A stretch of 62,954 nt of DNA, the filler included, from Deltaproteobacteria bacterium (GTDB lineage Bacteria > JAUYMQ01), in assembly GCA_030698575.1 (NCBI GenBank). It is 6 parts of 6 records of this genome, joined end to end, with 100 filler letters (N's around TTAATTAATTAA, not from the genome) between each part and the next. Parts side by side here need not be neighbours in the genome. Positions count along the whole stretch, not along the records: positions 20,426 to 49,676 come from JAUYMQ010000387.1; 5 more parts are not named here. One strand, 5' to 3'. The first letter of the stretch is position 1, and each line of letters begins with the position of its first letter. Of this stretch, positions 23,030 through 33,191 are shown one piece after another. The position numbers and the translations under genes are program-made. Below the pieces are notes generated by a model that saw only the letters and a list, made by a program, of their open reading frames with translations, was not told the origin of the DNA and made no database searches.

Positions 23030-23848
23030 ATGATGCATCCGCAGTCCGCCACGGTGCGGCGGCGTCCATACCGCAAGCTGGCACTCGGCCTCTTATCAGC
23101 GGCAATCTTCGCGCTCCTGTTGCTGCCAGGCCAGGCGGATGCGCGGCTCTTTACCGTAATGGACCCATCCAACCCCAACCCGGCAGGCAGCACGGTCTAT
23201 TTCAGCGATACTCTCGGGGGTACGACCGGTTGTGACAATATTACGACAATCTGTAGCGGGCTGGTCGGGACAATCAACCCGGTGCTTTCAATTTCGGGGA
23301 CCGTCGGGGACTACGTCGGTGCGGCGCCCAATTTTACCAACGACTTCTTCATCTTTGACTTGACGATTACCTCGGGCAGTTTGGACGCGCTCTCCGTCAC
23401 GCTTCTGAGTGGCGCGACCACTTTTGGCGATCCGCTGACGACGGGGTACTTCGCCGACGCAGGCAAGCAGGCTCCCAACGGGAATGTGGTGCTATGGGGG
23501 AACCAGGAGATCCTGAACGAGCCGAACTGCCAAAATATATTCGACCCATTCTGCGGTGGCACGAGTTCGTACAGCTTCAATCTGGATGGCGTGCAGCCTG
23601 GCTCCCAAGGCGTACCGGCGGGGTATGTCCAAACGGGCGAGACGACGGTCCGCCTCTTTGCTGTGTTCGGCTCCCCCACTTCGCTTCTCGAGTACGACGC
23701 GGTGAGCTTCAGTCTCAGCCCAGTAGGTGGCGCAGACTTTACGGTTCAGGCCGAGATTATCCCCGAGCCGGGCACGATTCTCCTGCTCGGGTCGGGCTTG
23801 GTCGCCCTGGGGCTGGGTGAGAGAAGGCGGCGGCGCGGCCGCGGCTAA
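23030..23848 (+). CDS. PEP-CTERM sorting-domain surface protein
   Basis: N-terminal signal peptide; C-terminal IPEPGTILLLGSGLVALGLGERRRRR. Confidence 0.9.
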   Translation: MMHPQSATVRRRPYRKLALGLLSAAIFALLLLPGQADARLFTVMDPSNPNPAGSTVYFSDTLGGTTGCDNITTICSGLVGTINPVLSISGTVGDYVGAAPNFTNDFFIFDLTITSGSLDALSVTLLSGATTFGDPLTTGYFADAGKQAPNGNVVLWGNQEILNEPNCQNIFDPFCGGTSSYSFNLDGVQPGSQGVPAGYVQTGETTVRLFAVFGSPTSLLEYDAVSFSLSPVGGADFTVQAEIIPEPGTILLLGSGLVALGLGERRRRRGRG

Positions 23849-23882
23849 ATGACAAGGGCCGCGCTTTTCATGGACTTGTCGG

Positions 23883-23920
23883 GGGCCGGGCTCACTCTAA
23901 CGGGCTTGGCCCGTTTTTTT
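23883..23920 (+). terminator. Rho-independent terminator
   Basis: GGGCCGGGCTC-loop-GGGCTTGGCCC followed by GTTTTTTT. Confidence 0.7.
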
Positions 23921-24038
23921 GGAGGCGATTTCATTTTTTTTGACACCCCCGACCCCTCGAAGCCACCTCCCCAAGTGGCAGAGGGGGCATGGGGATTCCC
24001 TCAGTCTAGCCGCCCCGAAAGGGCGTTTGGAGGAAAAA

Positions 24039-25115
24039 ATGCCTAAGACAAGCCACCTCGCGATTGCGCTGGCAGCGCTGCTGGCCTTCGCCGGGATGGC
24101 CGGGGTGGCCCAAGCCCAGGTCGGGCTGGGCGGCCTCGCCACCGGCCAGTGCGTGGACCAGGAGCCCAACGGCTTCCCGGGTGTTATCGATGCGCCCGCG
24201 TTCATCGTCACCAAGACCTACGACGTCTTCGGGCCGAACGACCCGAACAACCCGGCGCCTCTCGCGGGCAACAACACCTACGTTTACACGTTGATCTACA
24301 CGGGAAGCAGCTGCACGCCCCTCGGTGCGGCTCCGGCGGTCATCCGGTTCGAGATAATCATGGACACGACCTTTGCCACGGGCGCGGGCTACATCGCCTC
24401 ATCGTCGGGCGTGGCCCCGGTCGCCACGACGATCGGCGCCGCGGCGGTGTCCTGGGATTTTCGGGATCCCCTCAATCCAGGGGTGAGTCCGGGGCTCCGA
24501 TTCACCTGTCCCGCCGGGCCGGGTGAGGTGAGCAAGCAGATCTACATCCAGGCCGCGCTGCTGCCGGGACTCGTGAGCGAGAACGCGGTCTCGGTCGACG
24601 GACAGCTCTCGCTCGATGCCCCTGGCACCTGCGTGGGTCCCTTCGTGGAGCCCCAGATGGAAGACGGTGACGCCATGCCCTGCACCATCGGCTGGTGGAA
24701 GAACCGCTACGACGAGAAGAAGGGCACGACGCAGTACTTCCCCGATCCGGACTTCGACCAGGTCGTGACGGCGGCGGTGGCGCTCTGCCAGCCGGTGTTC
24801 ACCGACGAGGCCGATCTGCTCACGCAGCTCTCCAGCAAGGGGAAGCGGTCGATCCTGATCCGCGGCGAGCAGCAATTGGCCGCGTGGTGCCTCAACATGG
24901 CGGCGGGCGATCTGTTCCCGAACAACCTGAAGTGCAAGCTGTTCGACGGGAACTGGATCATCCACAACGCCTGCGGCGACAACCTGACGGTTGGCGACGC
25001 GCTCACCCAGGCCATCTCGGACATCACGTCGGGTAACGAGGACCTTCAGCACGACGCGCATGATTGCGCCGATGACGTGAACAACGGCATCAGCGTCATC
25101 AACAGTATGCCGTAA
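24039..25115 (+). CDS. Secreted Cys-containing hypothetical protein
   Basis: GGAGG RBS, signal peptide ending AQA, C-terminal domain with CTIGWWKN and QQLAAWCLN motifs. Confidence 0.8.
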   Translation: MPKTSHLAIALAALLAFAGMAGVAQAQVGLGGLATGQCVDQEPNGFPGVIDAPAFIVTKTYDVFGPNDPNNPAPLAGNNTYVYTLIYTGSSCTPLGAAPAVIRFEIIMDTTFATGAGYIASSSGVAPVATTIGAAAVSWDFRDPLNPGVSPGLRFTCPAGPGEVSKQIYIQAALLPGLVSENAVSVDGQLSLDAPGTCVGPFVEPQMEDGDAMPCTIGWWKNRYDEKKGTTQYFPDPDFDQVVTAAVALCQPVFTDEADLLTQLSSKGKRSILIRGEQQLAAWCLNMAAGDLFPNNLKCKLFDGNWIIHNACGDNLTVGDALTQAISDITSGNEDLQHDAHDCADDVNNGISVINSMP

Positions 25116-25160
25116 CCAGATCGCTCGCGGGGCTGTCCGTCCGCGAACGAAAGCAAGACC

Positions 25161-25200
25161 GGCGGCTGCCGGCCTCGAAAGGGGCCGGCAGTTGCCATTT
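25161..25200 (+). terminator. Long GC hairpin with GAAA tetraloop, probable terminator
   Basis: GGCGGCTGCCGGCCTC-GAAA-GGGGCCGGCAGTTGCC-ATTT. Confidence 0.6.
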
Positions 25201-25227
25201 CGGCTCTCTTGGGGTAACGGTGGAGCC

Positions 25228-25881
25228 ATGAAAAATCCCGTCACCCTCCTGATCCTGGCGCTGCTGATTGCCGGGGCGCTCGCCATCTTCCTTCTGAACC
25301 GCGAGCGGACGACTCCGCCGGTTACGGATGAAACCGTGGAGGTGCCCGAGGTGGCTCCAGGCCCGCCTGAGGCCCCGGTTCCGGCCGGGTCGGCGGTGCC
25401 GGTGGTGCCCGAAGGTGGGGTTGAAGAGGGAGAGCCGGACCTGCAGGAGGCCCCGCCCGACGCGGGTGCGGAGAGCGCCCCGTTACCGCGCGGCTATCCG
25501 CGGAGCCAGGTTCCGCATCGCGTGGCCAAGGTATGGGGGCGCAACGACGATGGCAGCGCCAAGCGCGTCGTCGGGATGACCATCGTCGTCGATCCCTCTG
25601 CCTCCGCCGCCGAGCTGAGCGAGCTGGCCGATGACGTTCTGAAAGCCAACTGCGACGCTCCGAGGATGAGCGTCCGGATCTACGATTCCGAGGAGGCGCT
25701 CGACCCCGAGGCGCACAAGAACCACGATCCGCTGATCGCGGAGCACACCATCGGGCAGATCTGGGTGAACCCGACCGAAAGCCGGCATGCCCCCAAGGTG
25801 AGGGTGAAGGTTCGGGGGAAGGATGTCCTTGTCGGTGCGGAAGCGATGCCGACCGGCGACGCCTGCGACCCTGCGTCCTGA
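25228..25881 (+). CDS. Membrane-anchored hypothetical protein
   Basis: N-terminal TM, Pro/Glu-rich linker, globular C-terminus; GGAG RBS. Confidence 0.7.
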   Translation: MKNPVTLLILALLIAGALAIFLLNRERTTPPVTDETVEVPEVAPGPPEAPVPAGSAVPVVPEGGVEEGEPDLQEAPPDAGAESAPLPRGYPRSQVPHRVAKVWGRNDDGSAKRVVGMTIVVDPSASAAELSELADDVLKANCDAPRMSVRIYDSEEALDPEAHKNHDPLIAEHTIGQIWVNPTESRHAPKVRVKVRGKDVLVGAEAMPTGDACDPAS

Positions 25882-25899
25882 ACCCCTGGCCGGGCGTCG

Positions 25900-27915
25900 C
25901 TAGGCGCGCTTTCGCCTGCGCAGAGCCAGCCCCATGACGAGGACCAGGAGCGACAGCGTCAGGCCGCCGAGCGAGAGCGCCGGGATTTCGGGCAGGCTGT
26001 GGTTCAGACCGGGGTCGTTGACTGCGTAGGCGTCGATCGTGCCGGTCGTCGTCATCGTAGGGCCGTTTGTCCAGGCCGAGATGTACAGACTCGACAGGGT
26101 CGCGTCGCCGTTGATCACCGCGGCGACCGCGGCGGCCACCTGGGCCGCCGTCATGCCGGGGGTAGTGACAATCTGCAGCATGACGCCGCTGATGGTGAAA
26201 TCCACCGTTCCGCCCTCGGCAGATCCGTAGAAGGTCCAGTTCTCGGTAGGGGGCGCGCCGCAGTCGATGGTGCAACTGAGCTGCGTTTCCGCGCCTTCGC
26301 AGGCCAGATCGCCGCAGCAGTAGGGGGTGCTCGGCACGGTCGTGCACTGGTAACCCATGGTGCTGCAGCGGGTGTCGGTGCAGGGGACCGGATATTGCCC
26401 GCCGCCGTCACCGCAGCAGAAGCGCGATCCCGTGCTGCCGGTCTGCTTCCCGTTGCAGTCCATGGCGCATGAAACACAGTCCTCCCCGTCTCCCGCTTCG
26501 CAGATCAGATTGCCGCAGGTAGCCCCTCCGCCCGAGATACAGTCGCTCCCGCAGTTGTTGCAGTTCTCCAGCGGCTCGCAGGCCGCGTTCCCGCAGATCG
26601 GCGGCTCGCAGGGACCGATGTCCGTCATGTCGGCTTCTGTGAACATGTGCGGGTTGTGGAGCTTGTCACACTCGGCGGCGTTCAGGCCGTTGTTGCTCCC
26701 CGTGTTGCTGGCGTACATGATGTACTGGCTGCCCGCGTTGTGGTTGAGGCCGGTGTTGTGGCCGTACTCGTGCGTCCAGAGGATGGCCTCGGTCGTCAGG
26801 GTCGTCTTGCGCACGAGCATCATGAAGTTGCCGCTGACCCCCGAGCACCCGATGATGTTCGTCCCGGGCGCCCCGCAGAAGTTGATGATGCGGACGACCT
26901 TGGCCCGGGCGGTGTCGACCAGCTGCACCGCGATCTGCTCGTTCAGGTCGTCGATGATGTCGAGCCCGTCGCCCGGCGTGCCAAAGGTTCCCCCCGTGCC
27001 CTTGCGGGCGAGCTTGTTGCAGCACGCCACATCCGCCGCGAAATCCGAGACTCCAATGAGCACGTTCGCCGCGGCGAAGACCTGGTCGAGGCGCGTGTTC
27101 GTCATGGGATCGTTGTGGTCGACGTGATTGACGTAGTCCAGGTTGTGTTCATGCGCGGTCGGGGCGGTATCGGAAACCGCGCTGCTGGCACTGGCGATGG
27201 GCTCGCCGGGGGGGCCTGCCGGAGCGTCTTCGGGGCGCTCGAGAGACTGCAGCAGCTCCAGCGCCTGCTCCGCCGCCCGCTCGAGGGCTCGGCCTCGCGG
27301 AACAGGCGTCACGGCGCCGTCGGCGATCTCCGTGATGCGGGCGCGGGCGCCTTCCTGGCGGGAGTAAGCGAGTCCCCGGAGCGCCATCTCCAGCAGATCA
27401 TCCCGAAGCGCTTCCGGCCGCGATCCCCTCACGGCGGCCTGCGCGAGGACGCCACCGCCCCCCCCGTCCGCCGTCATGGTCAGCAATGCCTGGAACGCGG
27501 CGACGTGCCCCCGCGAGGCGATGTGCCCCAGCGCCTGAGGCGCGAGCAGGAGGGCGCGGTCTTCCTCGGGGATGCTGACGGAAGCGGGCGGATCGCGCAG
27601 GAGCGCGAGCAGGGCCTGCGTGGCGCGAGGCCCCCCCAGATAGGTCAGGAAGGCCACGACGTTGTCGCGCCGGGGAAACTCAGGATCGGCGAGAAGCTCG
27701 ATGAGCGCCGGCACACCCGCCGGACCGACTTCGGCTTGGGCAATCTCGGTGGTCATGCCGTGGATATAGTCCCGGAGAGCGGCCTCCCTCACGGCTTCGT
27801 CCGAAGCGGAGGCCGGCACGGGCGCCATCGCGAAAAGGGCGACGATCAGGAGTATTTGGGCGAGAACGCGACCGAGAGTCCTGATCCCTCTCGGGGGTGA
27901 GAGTGAGCTGGGCAT
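25900..27915 (-). CDS. Secreted metzincin-type zinc metalloprotease with HEAT-like N-domain, Cys-rich region and IPTL-CTERM-like anchor
   Basis: HEYGHNTGLNH plus YIMY Met-turn; Cys-rich CGNxxCE repeats; C-terminal EIPALSLGGLTLSLLVLVMGLALRRRKRA; start uncertain. Confidence 0.82.
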   Translation of the reverse strand: MPSSLSPPRGIRTLGRVLAQILLIVALFAMAPVPASASDEAVREAALRDYIHGMTTEIAQAEVGPAGVPALIELLADPEFPRRDNVVAFLTYLGGPRATQALLALLRDPPASVSIPEEDRALLLAPQALGHIASRGHVAAFQALLTMTADGGGGGVLAQAAVRGSRPEALRDDLLEMALRGLAYSRQEGARARITEIADGAVTPVPRGRALERAAEQALELLQSLERPEDAPAGPPGEPIASASSAVSDTAPTAHEHNLDYVNHVDHNDPMTNTRLDQVFAAANVLIGVSDFAADVACCNKLARKGTGGTFGTPGDGLDIIDDLNEQIAVQLVDTARAKVVRIINFCGAPGTNIIGCSGVSGNFMMLVRKTTLTTEAILWTHEYGHNTGLNHNAGSQYIMYASNTGSNNGLNAAECDKLHNPHMFTEADMTDIGPCEPPICGNAACEPLENCNNCGSDCISGGGATCGNLICEAGDGEDCVSCAMDCNGKQTGSTGSRFCCGDGGGQYPVPCTDTRCSTMGYQCTTVPSTPYCCGDLACEGAETQLSCTIDCGAPPTENWTFYGSAEGGTVDFTISGVMLQIVTTPGMTAAQVAAAVAAVINGDATLSSLYISAWTNGPTMTTTGTIDAYAVNDPGLNHSLPEIPALSLGGLTLSLLVLVMGLALRRRKRA

Positions 27916-28118
27916 CGTGTGCTGAACGTCTCCGCTAGCGGTGCCCCCGTTCCAACTATTCATCATCACTTGGCTTTTAGTCAAGCGAGCCGGACAGGGG
28001 ACCACTGAGCGACCGGAAGCGTCGCCGGGCGCGTTAACCATTGGATGGCGTGCGAGGAAGCCGGGATTCTTGTCGAGATTCCGCGCCCGAAGCTTTAGCG
28101 GGAAGGTAAAGATGCAGT

Positions 28119-30902
28119 TTAGCCTTTCTTCACCGCGGTTTCCAGGGCGCGCAGCTCCGGCGTCGGCCCGAGAGGCGTGATCGCTCGCAGCCGGGCGAGC
28201 ATTCTGAGCGCGGTCGGATAGTCTCCCGCCTCGGCCGCGACGAGCCCGGCGTTCGCGAGGGCTTCTGGAAAGTAGCTATCCGCCTCCAGCGCACGGTCGA
28301 AAGCCTCCCGCGCGCCAGTGCCGTCACCGGCTTCGCGTCTGAGGATCCCCAGCGCGTTCCAGCCCGGGGCGAAGCCCCGGTGGTCGCGCATCACGCCCTC
28401 GAGCGTTTCGCGCGCGGCTGCGCTGTCGCCGCCTGCCTGCAGGGCCATGGCCAGCGCATAACCGGCGTCCCGCTGATCCGGCGCCTCGGCGAGGAGGGCG
28501 TGGAGCTTCTTGATGCCCTCCGCGGGCCGCTCGACGCGAAGAGCCTCCGCCGCGCGTCCGGCCAGACGTCTCAGCCGAAATCGCCTGGCCAGTTGCAACC
28601 CGGCCTCTTCCGCTTTTCGCTCGAGGCGATCTGCTTTCTCCTCGAGTCCACTTGCGCGGGCGAAGCGGCTTTCGATCCAGAGAGCGATCGTCGCCGCTCG
28701 CTCGTCGTCCCTGGCGCCCGCCACCGCAATTCGATTCAGGAGCGCCAGCGTGCCTTCCCCGGGGCGGATGCTGCGCCGCCGGGCGCCCTCCATTTCGAGC
28801 CAGGGAACGTCGTCGGTGAGCAGCCGTCCTCCTCCCAGTGCTTCCCGCGCAGCCGACGCGCTTGCGATGCGCCTGAAAGCGATCTCGCCGAATTCCTCTT
28901 CGAGGCCGAGTTCGCGCAGGATCTCCCCGAGCCCTTTTCCGCCGGCCTTCGTGATCGGCATGCCCTGAGGCGTTGTCACCGGGCCGTCACTGCCGATCAG
29001 GAGCAGATTCTCGGCGCCCCAGAACACTCCCCCGTTCTCGAAGATCGAGAAGAATGTCCGCGCAATCGCGGCGGTCTGGTCGGCGCCGATGCGCGCGATG
29101 AGCACCCATTGCGCGGCGATGCCGCCCCGGCTCAGCGCGCCGCGCACCCGGGCGAAGTACTCGCGCGAGTAGAGCCCGGTCGCGCCGACGGACCAGGGAT
29201 GCAGCGTATTGGCGACGACGACATCGTAGGCGCCCTGGTGGAGAGCGAGGTAGGCGCGACCGTCGGCGTGAATGATCCGCACGCGCGGATCCCCCGAACA
29301 GGTGACGCCGTTGTTTTCCGGTTCGAAGAAACGGCCCGCCGAGATGACCGATCGCGCAATCTCCACGCAGTCGATCCGCTCGAGCGGGAATCGCGCGGCT
29401 GTCCCCAGGGTGATACCCGAGCCGAGGCCCACCTCGAGGAAGCTCCTGGCCCCGGGTTTCAGCGCCAGGGGAACCAGGGCCAGAAGCACTTCCGTCTCGA
29501 GAGCGTCCCAGGCGGTGCCCGCCTCCGGATCCCCGTCGACGATGAGATCGCGTCCCACCGGCGACCGCACTACCGCGACGCTCGCCTGCCGTCCATCGTC
29601 GACGTGAACGACCCGCCGGCCGGGGATCGCGGTGGGTGGACGCAATGAAGGCGCCGCCACGAGCGCGATTCACAGCACCACCAGCGCAGCGCGCCCCCAT
29701 CCCTGGCGCGGTCGGACCGATCCCCGCAAGAGGAAGACGGCCCCGAGGAGGCCGTTCAGGCCGGCGCAGAACAGCAGACTCTTCAGTAGCCCCAGGGCGG
29801 GAAGGAGCAGAAAGGGGGCCAGGAGGGAGCCGGCGATGCCGCCCGCCGTGTTGAGCGCGCTGACAGTGCCGAAGGCTCTTCCCAGCGTCCCGAGATTTCC
29901 CACCGAGAGTCGCACCAGATAAGGAAAGGCGCCGCCCATGAAAATCGCCGGCGGAAAGACGGACAGCGCGATGAGCCCGCCCGTCCACCCCGAGAGTCCT
30001 GCCGCCGGAAGCGCGTAGTCGGGAACGAACCAGATCAATTCCGCAGCGATGGCGAGGGCGGCGGCGCTCTCGATGAGGCCCAGTTCGAGCTCGGGCTGCG
30101 CCGTGCGGCCGGCGCGATGACCGAAGATCGCCGTTCCGAGTGCTAGGCCGGCGAGAAGGAGAGCGAGCACGCAGCCCCAGGCATAGAGCGTCGATCCGAG
30201 GAGCAGGGCGGCTGCGCGCGCCGCCAGGACCTCGTAGACGAGCGTTGCGATGCCCGCGGCGAAGGCGGCCGCGAGCGGCATCGTCGGAATTCGAAAAGGC
30301 GGTTCGCTGGAAGACGCGGGATGCTTCATCGGCCGCGCGAGAAAGAACGCGGCCGCGCCCAGCAACAGTGCCGTCACGCCGGCCGTGGAGAGAGTGGCGC
30401 GCAGCCCCCAGGCGGGGATGGCTGCAATCGCCACGCCGACTCCCAGCACCGCCCCGGCCGTGTTCGCGCCGACGATCCAGCCGACCCCGGCCGCCGTGCG
30501 CGCGATCTCGCGCACGCCCGCGCGCAGCAGCGCGGGCGCGGTTCCTCCCAGGAGAAACGCGACGGGAAAGAGGGCGGCGGCCGCGATCGCGAAGCGCGCG
30601 GGAGGAGGCAGGCCGAGCAGTGGAGACGCGGCGAGCCACTGGAGCAGCGCGGGGGAGGCAGCTGCGAGCGCCCCGGCGGCGCCCTCGAGGATTCCAAACA
30701 AACGCAGCGGCGCGCGCACCCGATCGGCCCGAGCGCCGAAGTAGCGCGCGCCCGCCGCCAGCCCTCCGAAGAAGGCGACCAGCACGATCGAGATGGCTTC
30801 GATCTGGCTCCCGAGGAAGAGGGCGACCTCTCGTGTCCAGACGACCTGATAGACGAGCGCCGTGACGCCCGAGAGAAAGGCAAAAAGGGTATAGGTCAGC
30901 AA
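28119..30902 (-). pseudogene. Fused MFS-like TM / spermidine-synthase-like / TPR protein interrupted by one in-frame TGA (29670-29672)
   Basis: LSGVTALVYQVVWTR and ANTAGAVLG TM repeats; VGLGSGIT, DCVEI, ADGR, LYSREYF methyltransferase motifs; both ORFs in the same frame (LVVL*IALVAAP). Confidence 0.8.
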
Positions 30903-31136
30903 CGAAGATTCGTCCTTCCGTCAGGGCCCGGCGCTGGAAAGGCGGCGGAGAGATGAACTTTACAGGGAGGAGGGCGCCGCCGGAATGGGGACCCTTCGGA
31001 AAGGGTCTTCCGGGGCTCTGGCGGCGAGCGGATTCGACCCTCGGGACGACCTGAGAGCCACACTCTCAAATGTTGCTCACACCGATGAATCCCGCTCAGA
31101 TTCCGCCGTTTTCGGCCTCCCGAGCGGACGACCGGC

Positions 31137-31186
31137 TTTTCCCAAAAAGGGGAAAAAACTTCAGAATCGGGGAAAACTTTTTCCCC
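31137..31186 (+). promoter_or_regulatory. Putative enhancer (UAS) array, second copy
   Basis: TTTTCCCAAAAAGGGGAAAAAACTTCAGAATCGGGGAAAACTTTTTCCCC. Confidence 0.6.
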
Positions 31187-31300
31187 TCCCCCCGACGGGT
31201 GACCGGGCGGGTCCTGGGGGCGGCTGCCGGCCGGAGAAAAAACCCGCACAATTTCAAAGCCTTCCGGGAGCCTCTAAAAAACCCCGAGATTCCGGACTTT

Positions 31301-31316
31301 TTGCACGTTTCTTGCA
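31301..31316 (+). promoter_or_regulatory. Sigma-54-like box with a mismatch in the -24 GG
   Basis: TTGCAC-GTTTC-TTGCA versus consensus TGGCAC-N5-TTGC. Confidence 0.5.
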
Positions 31317-31507
31317 TCACATGGCAGTGGTTGGAAGGATGTGTCGGGGGCGACCATCCACTCGAGTCCATTCGCGTCTGCTTCGCAAACGGCCCGTGTC
31401 GCGGCTTTCGCAATACAAGTGTAACCGCCCCTACTTGGAATCCACGAGTTTACCGCCGGTGCCTTTCCCTTGGGGTGCCTGCGGTGGCGGGGAGACGCGG
31501 AGGAATC

Positions 31508-32356
31508 ATGTATTCGGTTGGGTGGAGGGTGATCATCGCGGCAGGGTTATTCATCGCGGTGATGGCCGGCGGTCCCGGAACAGCCAGGGCTGCTTCGTAC
31601 TACGGGCTCCAGACGGGTGACGTCGTACAGTCGCTCACCTACGACTCGAGCCTCACAGGGGTGAGCTACAACAGCACCACGGGCGTGCTGACGGCGACCG
31701 GTTTTGCAACGAGCCTCCTGGTTGCGGTACCGACGACAAAGATCCTGACCGAGATCAACGGCGGGATGTTCGTTTTCGACATGGATTTTGTGAGCGAGTC
31801 GATCACGCCGCTCGGTGGCACCCTGTACAACTATTCGGCGACGTTTGCCGGGGTGGCGGGAACTACAGACATCCGGCTCTACGCGCCGAACTGCCCCGGG
31901 GCAGGTTGTGGCGCGGGCATTGGAACGGCGGACCCGGAGAGTGACGGCTACGATGCCGAGCAGGACGGCCGCCTGATGCTGAGCGGTGATTTCGGCGCGA
32001 CGCCTATCACGCTCAGCTCGACGATCGACACGAGCCTGTCGGCGCAGACCTTCTCGCTGACCGGGCTCTTCACGACGACCGGCGGGGATGCCCAGTTCAT
32101 CCAGGCTTACGGGCCGTCGGGCTCCCTCTCGTTCGTGAGCGGCGGGATCGACAATTTCGCCCCGAGCCTCGTGCCGGGGCTGCTGAACCCGCCGGGTGAC
32201 ACGCAGGTGTTTGATTCGAGCTTCACGGCTCACGTGACGGGGTCGGTGATACCGCTTGGAGCATCCGCTTTTCAGCCGATCCCCGAACCCTCGAGCATGG
32301 CGCTCCTGGGGCTCGGGCTCGGGTGGCTCGCACGCCGCAGGCTGCGAAGAAAATAG
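31508..32356 (+). CDS. PEP-CTERM surface protein (array member 1)
   Basis: GGAGG RBS, signal peptide, C-terminal IPEPSSMALLGLGLGWLARRRLRRK. Confidence 0.9.
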   Translation: MYSVGWRVIIAAGLFIAVMAGGPGTARAASYYGLQTGDVVQSLTYDSSLTGVSYNSTTGVLTATGFATSLLVAVPTTKILTEINGGMFVFDMDFVSESITPLGGTLYNYSATFAGVAGTTDIRLYAPNCPGAGCGAGIGTADPESDGYDAEQDGRLMLSGDFGATPITLSSTIDTSLSAQTFSLTGLFTTTGGDAQFIQAYGPSGSLSFVSGGIDNFAPSLVPGLLNPPGDTQVFDSSFTAHVTGSVIPLGASAFQPIPEPSSMALLGLGLGWLARRRLRRK

Positions 32357-32407
32357 CTCCCTTCGCAACGAAGGGAGTGCAAGAGCGTCATTAAAAAGGA
32401 GCTGGGG

Positions 32408-33127
32408 ATGGGGAGCTTCAATATGAGACGCGTTCTGTTATTCGTGATGTGCCTGGGAGTGGCGATGCTGGCGGCGCCCGAGGGCGCCTGGGCTGATTTC
32501 GTCGATATTCGCGCTTCGGACGTGACCACCAGCTTCACGAGCGGCGTGAACATTTTCACGACCTCAACCGGAGGGGAGGCGACAACGGTCTCTCCGAGCC
32601 CCGCGTCGCTTACCGGGAAATCGCTCCACATCGACATGGTGATGAGCGGATCCGAGACGGCGAACACGACGGGCACGCGGTTCGTGGGCACCACTGACGG
32701 CCTTGCCGACGTCCGGATCACCGACGGCGCAACGCTGCTGCTGGCCCTCGACATCAGTTTCATCGACGTCACCTCGGCCTCCGGCAACTTCGGCATCTTC
32801 ACGGTCGTGAACTTCGGCTCTCACGATCTCAGCTTCGGCACGAACAAGCTGACGGTGGTAGGCGGGACGCTTGCGGACGATTTCGGCGGCGTGGGAAGCT
32901 TGGCGAACCTCTTCATGAACATGACTTTCGTGCGCACCTACGTGCCCGGAACGGTGTTCTCCTCCAGCTTCTCAACCACAGCTGCGACCTTCGACCTCTA
33001 CATCGACCCGCCGCCCGCCGCCAATCCCGAGCCCTCCAGCCTCGCCCTGATGGGCGGCGGACTAGCCCTGCTGGCGCGCAGGAAGCTGCGCAAGAAGCTG
33101 CGCAAGAAGGGTTCAGTAAAGCACTGA
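32408..33127 (+). CDS. PEP-CTERM surface protein (array member 2)
   Basis: Signal peptide ending AWA; NPEPSSLALMGGGLALLARRKLRKKLRKK; start may be 32423. Confidence 0.9.
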   Translation: MGSFNMRRVLLFVMCLGVAMLAAPEGAWADFVDIRASDVTTSFTSGVNIFTTSTGGEATTVSPSPASLTGKSLHIDMVMSGSETANTTGTRFVGTTDGLADVRITDGATLLLALDISFIDVTSASGNFGIFTVVNFGSHDLSFGTNKLTVVGGTLADDFGGVGSLANLFMNMTFVRTYVPGTVFSSSFSTTAATFDLYIDPPPAANPEPSSLALMGGGLALLARRKLRKKLRKKGSVKH

Positions 33128-33191
33128 AGCCGTAAATAGCAGTAAAGAAGTCCTTGGTGACCGGGTGGTCACAACGGGGAGTCGGGGCTCC

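Noticed and set aside
31070-31507. 145-aa N-terminal extension of the 31508 PEP-CTERM gene given in the ORF track
   Set aside because: The region carries promoter-like elements; the signal peptide and GGAGG RBS point to ATG 31508
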